Shown here: piece by piece, positions 1-10,480 of the stretch
How the letters are laid out: the number at the start of each line of letters is the position of its first letter
How positions within the stretch are numbered: the stretch's first letter is position 1
Source: a virus
Reading direction: 5' to 3' (one strand)
DNA length: 64,000 bases
Virus record (IMG/VR): IMGVR_UViG_3300022562_001814
Span: 64,001 to 128,000 of that record
Notes under the pieces: generated by a model
Told to the model about the DNA's origin: nothing
The model's input: only the letters and a program-made list of their open reading frames with translations
Databases searched by the model: none
Position numbers and translations under genes: made by a program

Positions 1-2
1 CT

Positions 3-140
3 AATCGTAAAAGTGTGAGACGTAGAGGTAAAGAACTTATTAATGCACAGCTTAATGAGTTTGATGAATTGGTAGAAACGGAATTATTAGAAGATTTGGA
101 ATTTGATTTTCAGGATGAAGAACAGGAAAGTGATGAATGA
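3..140 (+). CDS. 3' end of a hypothetical protein with acidic tail (truncated by window start)
   Basis: Open frame NRKSVRRRGKELINAQLNEFDELVETELLEDLEFDFQDEEQESDE ending TGA at 138-140. Confidence 0.6.
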   Translation, partial: NRKSVRRRGKELINAQLNEFDELVETELLEDLEFDFQDEEQESDE

Positions 141-161
141 TAAATAATATCACATCAATTT

Positions 162-710
162 ATGAGTATTACCATTGATAGTGATTTACCTCATAATATT
201 ATTAATAAAACGGAACCTTGCTTATGTTCACAAATGGCTGAAGGGTGGACTGATTATTATCAGGGTAAACGAACTCCAGAAATTGAAAAAAATCTAAAAT
301 TAGAAGCTAATCCTAATTGTCCTTTTTGTAAAGGAGAAGGTATTGAAGTAGTAGGATATGAAGACACGCCTTCATTGCAATTATCTAATAGAAACGCTAA
401 TGCTCTATTTAAAATATTAGGAATTAATCTTTTTGGTAAAGAGGGAATGGTTGGTGAAATGACAATTCCAGAAGCTCGTAGAGCTATTATGCGTTCTCAA
501 TCAAGAAAGAATGTTTCTCAGTTTGTTTTACCGGAAAAAAATCTTTATGGTAAACCTAGAGAAATATCTCCCGGTGTTATTGATTTAAAACCGTTAAGAT
601 TTTTTGAACCAGCTTTAACAGAAGAGCAATTAAAAGATTATATAAAAAGATTTGCCGAATTTGTTATTAAAGTAAGTCGTCTCGGTGCCACCAAAATTAT
701 GTGGCATTAA
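162..710 (+). CDS. hypothetical protein with putative Zn-binding motif
   Basis: 182-aa ORF; CxC ... CPFCKGEG (DnaJ-like CxxCxGxG). Confidence 0.7.
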   Translation: MSITIDSDLPHNIINKTEPCLCSQMAEGWTDYYQGKRTPEIEKNLKLEANPNCPFCKGEGIEVVGYEDTPSLQLSNRNANALFKILGINLFGKEGMVGEMTIPEARRAIMRSQSRKNVSQFVLPEKNLYGKPREISPGVIDLKPLRFFEPALTEEQLKDYIKRFAEFVIKVSRLGATKIMWH

Positions 711-889
711 CTATTTGTATCACAATGTCTGATAAATGCGATGAGGATTTACAATTAATAAATATTAAAAAATATTTATCTAGTTGTTTAACTAAAAGAC
801 ATATACCGTCTTATATAGAAATATCGCATAGATATTCTGATGATGTAGAATATTTGTTAAGTATAATTGATCGATTAAAAAATAAATAA
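701..889 (+). CDS. small hypothetical protein
   Basis: 62-aa ORF overlapping the upstream stop; true start may be the downstream ATG. Confidence 0.4.
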   Translation: MALTICITMSDKCDEDLQLINIKKYLSSCLTKRHIPSYIEISHRYSDDVEYLLSIIDRLKNK

Positions 890-908
890 TTTCATTTTAT
901 GTATTATA

Positions 909-1712
909 TTATTTTAATCTATTAATTATCAATTTATAATTGATTGGATCAAGTTCAATTAAAATAAATTTTCTACCTAATTTTCTAGCCGCTAAACCGG
1001 TGCTTCCGCTCCCGGCAAATGGATCCATTACGGTATCTCCTTTGCGTGTATGTGTTTCAATCATAATTTCAGCTAATTTTTCAGGTTTTTGGGCAATATG
1101 TACTTTACCAGAAAATAATTCATTAATATCAGTCCAAACATTTGTACGTCTTAGATATTTGCTTTTTGCCGGATAATCTTTATTAAACCCCATATATCCT
1201 CTTTCTTGATCTAAAAGTGGAATATTGAATATTTTGGGTTTATCTCCATTTATTAACCACGCACATTCTTCTCTTGTAAAGAGATAATCGTCTTTTTTTC
1301 CGTATGCTCTACGTTTTTTCCAGGTGATTAAATTTCGAAGTATCATGCCAGTTTCATCTTCAACTTTAGATAACCAGTCGAAAAAGATACGATTATGTGG
1401 TTTTCCTATACCGCCCCACATATATAAGCTAGCGCCTTTGGATAAATATTTTAGACATTCTTTGGTCCATTCCATATAATCATTTGTTGTAATACCTTTA
1501 TCCCAGGCATTAGTAACAATTTCTCCATACGGAGGATCTGCTATTATAAGGGGTAATCGGTTCTTATATTCTTTTAATAAGGCTTCAACTTCTAGACTTC
1601 CAAAAGCTCCATTAATAACTATGCCATCCGGAAATACAGTATGTTTAATGCGTGGTTTAGCAGTTTTTTCTAAAAATCTATCTAAATATTTATTTAAAAA
1701 CACATTAAACAT
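909..1712 (-). CDS. DNA N4-cytosine/N6-adenine methyltransferase, beta class (orphan)
   Basis: Catalytic IIADPPY precedes SAM-binding DPFAGSGST; H..QKPEKL motif; no cognate restriction nuclease adjacent. Confidence 0.92.
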   Translation of the reverse strand: MFNVFLNKYLDRFLEKTAKPRIKHTVFPDGIVINGAFGSLEVEALLKEYKNRLPLIIADPPYGEIVTNAWDKGITTNDYMEWTKECLKYLSKGASLYMWGGIGKPHNRIFFDWLSKVEDETGMILRNLITWKKRRAYGKKDDYLFTREECAWLINGDKPKIFNIPLLDQERGYMGFNKDYPAKSKYLRRTNVWTDINELFSGKVHIAQKPEKLAEIMIETHTRKGDTVMDPFAGSGSTGLAARKLGRKFILIELDPINYKLIINRLK

Positions 1713-1751
1713 AATATATATTAATGCGTTTTAATGGTAATTAATTATTTG

Positions 1752-2342
1752 TTAATATTTGACATTATAGCTTTTTCTATGAAATTCAGATAATCCATAT
1801 TTTTTAACAGCTTCTTTATGATCTTTTACAATATACCCAACATTCTCATTCCAATTATATTCTGGATATAAATTATGTAATTCATTCATCATTAATTTGT
1901 CTCTAAATTGTTTAGCTATAATCGATGCTGCCATTACAGTTGGAAATTTATTATCAGCTTTAATTTCTGATCTAATTTTAATGTGTGGATTTAATCCGTA
2001 TTTAATAAGATATTGGGGATTAATATTTCCATCTAAAATAATTTCTTCATCATTAGAATATAAATTATTAATTACTTGCACAAAACATTTTTTATGACAA
2101 GCCCCCAATCCTAAAGTATCAATTTCTTTATTGGAAGCCATGGCAATATCAAAGGTGATAATTTTTTGTTCGACTAATTTGTGTAATTGAGAATTTACTA
2201 TCTCTCTTTGTTTAAAAGTTAATTTTTTTGAATCTTTTAAATCTGACATAGTCCAATTTATAGGGGCTCGGACCGCGCCAATTAAAATTGGTCCAGCCCA
2301 CGAGCCGTACCCCACTTCATCTATTCCTATGATATATTGCAT
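1752..2342 (-). CDS. rnhB: ribonuclease HII
   Basis: GIDEVGYG..AGP, LKDSKKL, ILDGN, KAD, AASIIAK..RD, HRKSY motifs. Confidence 0.93.
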   Translation of the reverse strand: MQYIIGIDEVGYGSWAGPILIGAVRAPINWTMSDLKDSKKLTFKQREIVNSQLHKLVEQKIITFDIAMASNKEIDTLGLGACHKKCFVQVINNLYSNDEEIILDGNINPQYLIKYGLNPHIKIRSEIKADNKFPTVMAASIIAKQFRDKLMMNELHNLYPEYNWNENVGYIVKDHKEAVKKYGLSEFHRKSYNVKY

Positions 2343-2385
2343 ATTTTGCTACGCTTTTAATGGCATTAGTATAAGGATTGTGTTC

Positions 2386-3099
2386 ATGATGTCAGAATTT
2401 TCGGATATTTATCAAATTCTGTGTGATTTTAAAAAAAATCATAAAGATCGAATTAAATGTTCTCAATTTCGAAAAAAATATATACAACCAGTATTGGTCA
2501 AACAAGCATTTGATACAAGACGTATAAATCAAAATACTGATTTTAATCCTCGTAGAAATTTACAATATTATCAACGTAGCGAACCTTTTATAAGTGCAAA
2601 AACTGCCGAAAAAATTGAAGATTTTTTCAAAATCAAAATGGCTGCCGATGAAATAAGAGATAAATATATTGGTGAGCCCGATTGGTTAGATTCTTATACA
2701 CGTATTTTGTGTAATGCCGTAGATCAAACATTAAGGATAGAACAAAAAGATTTTGATTATTCAGATACTCAATTAGAATATTTGTCAGAATTATTATATG
2801 TAAGATATCGTTTAAGGCCAGAAGATATTAAAAGCGCATCAAAAGAACATTTAAAAGATATTTTTCTAAATAAAGATGAACGTCTTTTGCGTCGCTCTAT
2901 TTTTGTTAATTATCAAAAAGATATGCACAAAACCAGCGAAGTTCCGGCATCTTCTAATCAAGATGCATTAATTAATAAGTTATTTGATAATGTTAAAGCT
3001 AGTAAAGAAAATAAGGAGGTAGAACGTTCTGTAACTATAACAATCAAAGATAAAATAGTTGATGATATAGTTAAAAATGCTAATCCTGTAAAGGAATAA
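2386..3099 (+). CDS. hypothetical protein
   Basis: ORF 2329..3099; start reassigned to ATG 2386 downstream of AAGGA (2373), avoiding overlap with rnhB. Confidence 0.75.
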   Translation: MMSEFSDIYQILCDFKKNHKDRIKCSQFRKKYIQPVLVKQAFDTRRINQNTDFNPRRNLQYYQRSEPFISAKTAEKIEDFFKIKMAADEIRDKYIGEPDWLDSYTRILCNAVDQTLRIEQKDFDYSDTQLEYLSELLYVRYRLRPEDIKSASKEHLKDIFLNKDERLLRRSIFVNYQKDMHKTSEVPASSNQDALINKLFDNVKASKENKEVERSVTITIKDKIVDDIVKNANPVKE

Positions 3100-3100
3100 G

Positions 3101-3715
3101 ATGACCAATCAATTTGCAACCCAATATCCTTTTAATTATCCTATTAATGGTTGTTTTATTGTCCAAAATATAATTACAGATAGTAATAAAACTATAAGAA
3201 TTTTTGATTATCCTATTCCAGTTGGTACTAGTCGAGATTTATTAAGAATACCCGGGGTATCGGAATCTAGTATTAGAGCTTCTCTTCTTAAAGGTACGTT
3301 ACGTAATAAATTAATAGCAAAAGAAATAAAAGTAATTTGTAGCGATATAGACTTATTACAATTTAATAATACTCAAAAACAATTCTTACTTAATGGCGGT
3401 ATAGTGAATGGTTTAGAAGTGCCTGGTGGTATCACAGATATTAATTATGTGTTTAAAGATGAAATACCACTAATTGGTGTTAAAGATGGAATCAATAGAG
3501 TATTTACTACTCCAGATAAATTTTTAAATGGAATTTATTTTGGTAATAATTTTCATATACATATAAAACATAATGGTAGGGATATATATGAAGGTATTGA
3601 TTATACTATTAGCGAATCCGGTGGCGTTGGTACTGGATTCGATACGATTAATATATTCTCATTTACTCCAAAACCACGAAGCTTATTGTTTGCAAGTTAT
3701 GTTATCATTAATTAA
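3101..3715 (+). CDS. putative virion protein (two-domain)
   Basis: C-terminal E.P..G.KDG.N..FT...NG....DY..TI.F..P beta-sandwich pattern common in phage structural proteins; N-half resembles ORF 13066..13455. Confidence 0.6.
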   Translation: MTNQFATQYPFNYPINGCFIVQNIITDSNKTIRIFDYPIPVGTSRDLLRIPGVSESSIRASLLKGTLRNKLIAKEIKVICSDIDLLQFNNTQKQFLLNGGIVNGLEVPGGITDINYVFKDEIPLIGVKDGINRVFTTPDKFLNGIYFGNNFHIHIKHNGRDIYEGIDYTISESGGVGTGFDTINIFSFTPKPRSLLFASYVIIN

Positions 3716-3784
3716 TAATTAATAATTTATATTAATAATTAAATATTATTGTGTAACTAATCGTCGATTATAGGATATAAATAA

Positions 3785-5290
3785 ATGGTATTTACTCGTT
3801 TGAATGCTTTAGATCAGGCATTAGATATAGCTGGTTCGTTATTGCAATCAGATACAAAAACATTATCTAATGAACCAGACGGGTATGGGGCTGTAGTAAC
3901 AGGGCAAACAGGAACAACTGCTGGCATTACTACTGTGGTTTCCGGTATAGCTACAATAACCGGTTTAACTGGTATGACTGCAGAATCGGTTGGTCGATTT
4001 TTAACACTTGTTGGGGCTGCCTCTGCTGGAAATAATGGTACCTTTTTAATTGTTACTTTTAATTCGGCAACCTCGGTTGATGTTTCAAATATTAATGCGG
4101 TTGCATCAGATGCTAATAACGGCTCTATTACTTGGTCAGAAAGATCTCCATATTCTTTAGAAGATGATATTAATTTTATTCGTACTGATCGTAGGTTAAT
4201 TAAAGGAACTACAAATTTTTATGATGATGTTCCAACTTATCAACGCCCAACTGCAATTGGTACCGATGTTCCAGCCAATTTAACCAATATTTCAGGTAGT
4301 ACGCTTGATGCTCACGCATGGATTGTTAATAGGGTTTATAGAGTCGATTCTGTTGCCCCAGGTGATGGTTATTCTACTATTACTGGCGCTTCACAATTTC
4401 AATATGCTGATTCTGTAGATAGAACTGGCGTTCCAATTTGGGATGGTTTTGATGCTGGCAATTGGGAAGCCACTTATGTTGAAATTATTGACCCAGTCAC
4501 TTTAAATTCCTTAGTTGCTCAGGGCGGTATTGCCGATGGTTATAGAATTTTTGGACGTACCAGAGCTGGCACTACCGGCGTAGAACCAAATAGCGTTGAA
4601 GTTGAATTTAGAGCAGTTCCATTTGGAGCCGATATTTCAACGTCTATTGCTTATACTTGGGACGGTTATCAACCAACAACTGTAGATTATTATTACGCTT
4701 ATCGTGAGAGAGCGGATCAATTAACTGAAACTGCATTTAGAACAACATTAGTTAATGGTTTATTTGCCGATTCTCAAGGAACGGCTAATATTAATAATAT
4801 ATTACAAGTTCTTGGTGTAACTGCAGGTGATAATTATCTTACTGGTTTAACTAATTTAACTAATTATTATGTGTTTAGTGATTTGCCAGACGCTACTCCA
4901 TCAGTAACAGAAGCTTTTAATACTATAAATGAACAAATTGGTGATAGGATATTTACTGGTAATGTTATTGGTGATAATGATGGTTATACTATTACTGCTA
5001 TTTTACAAAATTTAGCAGATGCTATTTCTCAAGCCAATTTTATAAGAGTAATTGAAAGATTAGTTGCCGATATTAATGCCGGAGTAGCTCATACTATTCC
5101 TGGTGGTAATACTTATACAATAGATCCAACTAATAATGGACAAAATTTAGTAGTTTATACTAGAGGAATCTTAAGAGATCCCGGGCCGGTTGTTGATTAT
5201 AATGATTATGAGGAAACTAGTACCACATCCATCACTTTTTATGCTAAACAAAAAGCAGGAGATCATATCAACTATTTTATTTATTCTTAA
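3785..5290 (+). CDS. putative virion structural/decoration protein
   Basis: 501 aa, T/G/D/N-rich beta-type composition, AGGA RBS, 5 DGY motifs. Confidence 0.65.
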   Translation: MVFTRLNALDQALDIAGSLLQSDTKTLSNEPDGYGAVVTGQTGTTAGITTVVSGIATITGLTGMTAESVGRFLTLVGAASAGNNGTFLIVTFNSATSVDVSNINAVASDANNGSITWSERSPYSLEDDINFIRTDRRLIKGTTNFYDDVPTYQRPTAIGTDVPANLTNISGSTLDAHAWIVNRVYRVDSVAPGDGYSTITGASQFQYADSVDRTGVPIWDGFDAGNWEATYVEIIDPVTLNSLVAQGGIADGYRIFGRTRAGTTGVEPNSVEVEFRAVPFGADISTSIAYTWDGYQPTTVDYYYAYRERADQLTETAFRTTLVNGLFADSQGTANINNILQVLGVTAGDNYLTGLTNLTNYYVFSDLPDATPSVTEAFNTINEQIGDRIFTGNVIGDNDGYTITAILQNLADAISQANFIRVIERLVADINAGVAHTIPGGNTYTIDPTNNGQNLVVYTRGILRDPGPVVDYNDYEETSTTSITFYAKQKAGDHINYFIYS

Positions 5291-5310
5291 TTAAATCATA
5301 TATAAAATAG

Positions 5311-5520
5311 ATGATTAGAAAGCCTGATTTAAAAATAACCCAAATAGAAGAACCGCTCGGAAGATGGTGTTCTTCTGGGCATTGTCCGCCCAAAACTTTT
5401 ACTGTGGACGATGCAGAAAATCCTATGCGGTTTTTCAGCGTTGAAGGTTGTGGAATTTCTGGTGTATTTTGTGAATTATGTTTGAAAATAGCTAATAAAT
5501 TTAGTAAAAAAAAGAGGTAA
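5311..5520 (+). CDS. small Zn-finger protein
   Basis: WCSSGHC ... FCELC cysteine pairs; basic C-terminus. Confidence 0.6.
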   Translation: MIRKPDLKITQIEEPLGRWCSSGHCPPKTFTVDDAENPMRFFSVEGCGISGVFCELCLKIANKFSKKKR

Positions 5521-5523
5521 GTA

Positions 5524-5919
5524 ATGGCTTATGCGGAAGATTTAATTAAATTAAGAAAAAGAATGTTGGACGCATTAACGTATAATGTGATTGATTCTAA
5601 ATCAAAAGATTTGTATGAAGCTACATTAATTCAAATTATGAATGAATCGGAAAAGCAAAGACAAACGTGTGTTGGTCGGGCCGAAGAATTAAGAAGACAG
5701 GCAGGAATTTCTGATGGTCAAGCCAATGCTTTTTCTCAAATGAGTAGTATTATTTATAATGTTTTGAATGGTTATATTATGGCTGCCGAACGGCAGAAAA
5801 AAGAAGAAGAAATTCACGCCACCGAAATGGCCGAAAAAGAAGCTTTGGTGCAAAAAACATTAGTAAAATCAATGTCAGAATCTGAAGAAGAAGTTAAAAA
5901 ACGTAGAAAAAGACAATAA
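5524..5919 (+). CDS. hypothetical coiled-coil protein
   Basis: 131 aa, helical E/K/Q-rich, GAGG RBS. Confidence 0.7.
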   Translation: MAYAEDLIKLRKRMLDALTYNVIDSKSKDLYEATLIQIMNESEKQRQTCVGRAEELRRQAGISDGQANAFSQMSSIIYNVLNGYIMAAERQKKEEEIHATEMAEKEALVQKTLVKSMSESEEEVKKRRKRQ

Positions 5920-5961
5920 TAATTTATTTTGTGGCATTCGATATTTTAGTATTGTAGTGGT

Positions 5962-6702
5962 ATGTCTATTCGTAAGGAAGATTTAGTAGATTCAGATATT
6001 ATTGATGCTTATGAACTTATTTCTGATGGCTACAATGTTTATTATTCTGCTATCGGGCAAATTGTAGGTACCACCTCTTCTACAAAAAATATAGAAATTA
6101 CTGGATTTAGAACTTTTGACATAGATCATCCTATAGAATCTGGCGATCGTGTTAGATTATTAAATACATCTGCTGGTGCAGCAGATGGTTATTATATTGT
6201 TAATTTAATTGTTGACGATTATAATTTTACAGTTGTTGAAAATATTAATGATTCTACTGGTGGTGATGGGTATTTTATGTTTATTCCAGGCGCCCAAAAA
6301 GTAGGGTTTGATCCTACAGGATTAAATATTACTACTTCTACAAATTTACAAAATGCTATTATAGATATTGCCAATAATTCATTTAGTTCAGGGCAACATA
6401 AATCATTAAGACAATTAATTCATTTTATAGATAATGGTCCAGCAGAAGGTTTTATAAGTGGAGCTTACAGAGAAATTTTACCAACTGAAAGTCCTTTTCC
6501 AACTTCCGTTATTTGGTGGGAATCTTCCGCCAAGACAGAAAAAATTGTAGAAAAAATATATACATATAATGATAATAAAACTGTTAGTCAGGTGCAATGG
6601 AAAATGTATGATACTGATGGGACGACAGTATTAACTACTGTTACGGACTCAATTATATATTCTGGTATATTTGAGTTAAATAGAAATAGGAGTATTTCTT
6701 AA
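5962..6702 (+). CDS. putative virion structural protein
   Basis: 246 aa, 3 DGY motifs, TAATG coupling to next gene. Confidence 0.6.
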   Translation: MSIRKEDLVDSDIIDAYELISDGYNVYYSAIGQIVGTTSSTKNIEITGFRTFDIDHPIESGDRVRLLNTSAGAADGYYIVNLIVDDYNFTVVENINDSTGGDGYFMFIPGAQKVGFDPTGLNITTSTNLQNAIIDIANNSFSSGQHKSLRQLIHFIDNGPAEGFISGAYREILPTESPFPTSVIWWESSAKTEKIVEKIYTYNDNKTVSQVQWKMYDTDGTTVLTTVTDSIIYSGIFELNRNRSIS

Positions 6703-9475
6703 TGGTTAATGAATCCCCGGCATCAGTCTTATTTAGTCGTGATGGTTATGATGTGGTTATAACCGATGGCTATACTATTACAGCCAGTCGTCCGGCTATT
6801 ATTGCTGCTGGTAAAGATGGACAGGAACAACCACACAACCAATTAGTGCGGCTTCTTTACCATTGCCAACGGGCGCGGCTACAGAAACAACTCTTGCTAC
6901 TTTATTATTAGATGCAACTTTTACGTCTCGTATTAATACTCTTGGTCAAAAAACAATGGCTAATAGTACGCCAATTGTTATTGCCTCCGATCAGACAGTT
7001 ATTCCAGTTTCGGATAATGGCGGATCAATCACAATTGATGGAACTATTACTGCCAATATTGGCACTACTAATGGTTTGGCTTTAGATACTACTTTAACGA
7101 ATGGTACCCAAAAAACCATAATTACAAATGGTACGAATGATGGATATGTTTTAAATTCAGATCCTGCTGGTACAGAATATGCTTTGGTTGTAAGAAACAT
7201 TCCTTCTGGAACCCAAATGGTGGCTGGAACTGTTGCAGCTACTCAAAGTGGTACGTGGACAGTACAGCCTGGCAATACAGCTAATACTACTCCATGGTTA
7301 ACTACTATTAATGAAGGTGGAAATTCTGCAACAGTTACGGCTTCCAATGCTCTTAAGGTTGATGGATCTGCGGTTACACAACCAATTAGTGCAGTTTCTT
7401 TACCGCTTCCTACTGGAGCTGCAACTGAAACCACGTTAGCAACATTGCTGACGGAATCTACATTTACGGCGAGAATAAATACTTTTGGTCAAAAAACTAT
7501 GGCCAATTCTACTCCAATTGTAATTGCATCAGATCAAACTGTGATTCCAGTTTCTGATAATAGCGGTTCGCTTACTATTGATACGACCCAATTACCCGCA
7601 GCATTGGTTGCTGGTAGATTAGATACAAATTTGGGTGCTTGGTTGGGATCAACTGCTCCAACAGTTGGTCAAAAAACTATGACTAACTCAGTGCCTATTG
7701 TTATAGCCTCTGATCAAAGCGCTGTTCCGGTTTCCCAGAATGGTACCTGGACCGTTCAACAGGGCACTCCTCCATGGTCTGTTTCTCAAAACGGCACCTG
7801 GACAGTACAACAAGGTACACCTCCATGGTCGGTAGTTGGACCAGGGGCAGCCGGAGCCGCTATTTCTGGTAATCCTGTGCGTATTGGAGCTTCTGACGGC
7901 TCTATTACACGAAATATTCTTAGTGATGCTGGCGGAAGATTGCAAATTGTAGGATCAGCAGCCAGTGGAGATACTGTTGCGGGAAATCCGGTATTAATTG
8001 GTGGTTCTGATGGAACAAATGCTCAAACTATTAGAACAGCGACAGATGGGACTATTAGAATTGATCCTACTGGAACAACTATTCAGCCAGTTAATGGAAC
8101 GGTTACTTCCGATCAGGGAAATCCGAATACATTAGCAAATCGTTGGCCAGTTATTATTACAGATGGAACTAATACTGGACCAACCATGGATGCCGCCCCT
8201 AGGGCAGGCTACGTGAGAATTACTGATGGTACTAATACTATTGGTACGTTATTTAAAACACTATATTCTGATCCTAATGGTGATAGAAGAGCTATTCATA
8301 ATAATGCAACAATTACTAGTAGCGGATCTACGGTTTTAACTTGGGTCGGATACTCTGAATGGTATCTGATTATTAATTTAAAGGATGTTCCAACCGGTTC
8401 ATCACCTACAATTCAATTCAAAATAGAACAAGTTGATCCAATAGATGGTACTACAGTTCTTACAGATGTAAAATCTTGGACAGGCATAATTCATACAGGT
8501 GTTGGTCAAGAAATTCTTGAGATTCCAGAATTATCTAGTGATTCTATTAAAATTTCTTGGATAGTTACAGGAGCATCGGCATCTTGGACTGGAGTAAATG
8601 TTGCTTTTTGTGGACATGCTGCCGGTAATGCTATTGAAGGGCAAGCAGAAGTAGGAACTATTGCTGATGATCCTCCAGTACCGGTTGCCGGGGTAGATTC
8701 TGATGGGTATATTCAATATTTAAATGTAGATGGTTCTGGTAATTTGAAAGTTATTACTCAAACTTCCCCGTCCAGTGCTATTAATGGATTAAATGCTGGC
8801 TACGCGAAATTGGGAGGGGGGACCGCTGGAGTACTTATTCCGGTATTATCTACTACATATAATGAACAAAGTAGTAATGCTCAACGTTCAATATCTTCTT
8901 CTAGTACTAATGATACGTCGGCGGGAACCGGTGCTCGTACTGTAGAAATTACTTATTATACCGCAACTTTTACCGGACCATTCACCGAAGTAGTTACATT
9001 AAATGGAACTACTGCTGTTAATACAACTAATACTGATATTTGTTATATAGAATCTTTGATTGTTTTAACATCTGGTTCCACCGGCGTTAATGTTGGAACC
9101 ATTACGTTATATGCTAGTACTGGAGGCGCCGGAGGTGCGGTAGCTTCTATTGGATCTAATACTTTAACTGGTGGCACAGGAGATACAAGAACATTATATG
9201 CACAACATTATGTAGCTACCGGGTTAACTTGTTCTATTACGGGTTTTTTAGTAAGTGCTTCCGGTCAATGTTCATTTTTTTTAAAAACCAAAGATCTCTC
9301 AACTGCTAATGCTTCTGAACAAATCGTTTCTGGTATTATTCCTACCTCTAATCCTTTTGAACGTACATATGGTACACCTCTTCAAGTAATAGGTCCAGCT
9401 AGAATACGTGCATATGCTATTCCATCCTCTAATAATAATACAATTAGCGCATCGATTGACTTTTATGAAGAATAA
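6702..9475 (+). CDS. long repetitive fibre-like virion protein split by a frameshift near 6820 (ORFs 6702..6911 + 6863..9475)
   Basis: Second frame is open from 6815 and reads TGTTTQPISAASLPLPTGAATE, matching its own internal repeat; first ORF has the TAATG-coupled start. Confidence 0.7.
6833..7720 (+). repeat. intragenic ~65-aa repeat (2 full copies + partial third)
   Basis: TQPISAxSLPLPTGAATETTLATLL..TFTxRINTxGQKTMANSTPIVIASDQTVIPVSDN at ~6833 and ~7375; GQKTMTNSVPIVIASDQ at ~7667. Confidence 0.85.
7730..7831 (+). repeat. tandem 51-bp (17-aa) duplication
   Basis: VSQNGTWTVQQGTPPWS x2 with synonymous codon differences. Confidence 0.9.
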
Positions 9476-9483
9476 GGTAAATT

Positions 9484-10467
9484 ATGAGTGTACAAATAAA
9501 CGCAAATGCAGTTGTTAGTGATAGCTGGACTAATTTTAAAGCTATTGCAATAACTTCCAAAAATCTACCAATTCAATATACTGATGATGGAATAGAATAT
9601 ACTATTTTTGCTTTTGATGATAATACTATTGTTTATATAACTACTATTTGGCAAGGAACTTTACCAAATAGTGTTATTAGTAATGGATATTCTCAATCGC
9701 AAAATGATACTGATAAAACAGAATTTGAAACTTATTATAAACCATATGCTAACCTACCCATTATTAAAGGAGAATTTGATGATCCTAGATTAACGCATAA
9801 ATTAGGAAATTTAACAGCGACTTCTACATCAGAGGTTTTGGTGTGTACTCGCGGATATAGTGAGCTTTCATCACAAAGACAATGTTCAGTTCAGTCATCA
9901 AGCGTTCAAGATAAATCTACCGGATCCGGCGCCGCCGTCGTTAGAATTACTTACTTAGACAGTAGTTATGTTCTTAAATCTGAAGATGTAAATCTTAATG
10001 GTACTACTAAAGTAAATACGGTAGCTACAGATATTAGATTTATAGAAAGTTTTGAAGTTATTCAAGGGGCTGCAGCTGCAGGGGCTATTAGTTTATTAGA
10101 TGGCACAACAGGCGGGGCTTCAGAATTTTGTGGTATTTCTTCCGGAACTACTACGGCTTTTTTATGCCATCATTATGTGCCCGCAGGAAAGAAAGCCTGG
10201 ATTTTGAATTGGGGTGCAACCGTGGATGATGAATGTAGTTTTAAATTAAATGGACAAAATAGATTCACATCTAGCTTGGTTCCTGTTATATTAGATTTAG
10301 AGAAATTATTTAATGGAGGTGTATCTGGAACTAGAATTAATTTTGAAAGAAAATTACAAGCCGTGCAAGTTCCAGAAAAATCGTATATATCTTTGACCGT
10401 TGTTCCAAATCAAAGCACTAGTACTGTTATTAGATCTTGGATGGATATTTGGGAAACTGTAACTTAA
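9484..10467 (+). CDS. putative virion protein, C-terminal domain paralogous to the end of the upstream fibre
   Basis: SSSVQDKSTGSGAAVVRITY..EDVNLNGTTKVNTVATDIRFIES vs SSSTNDTSAGTGARTVEITY..EVVTLNGTTAVNTTNTDICYIES. Confidence 0.7.
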   Translation: MSVQINANAVVSDSWTNFKAIAITSKNLPIQYTDDGIEYTIFAFDDNTIVYITTIWQGTLPNSVISNGYSQSQNDTDKTEFETYYKPYANLPIIKGEFDDPRLTHKLGNLTATSTSEVLVCTRGYSELSSQRQCSVQSSSVQDKSTGSGAAVVRITYLDSSYVLKSEDVNLNGTTKVNTVATDIRFIESFEVIQGAAAAGAISLLDGTTGGASEFCGISSGTTTAFLCHHYVPAGKKAWILNWGATVDDECSFKLNGQNRFTSSLVPVILDLEKLFNGGVSGTRINFERKLQAVQVPEKSYISLTVVPNQSTSTVIRSWMDIWETVT

Positions 10468-10480
10468 TTAAGAGGTAAGA

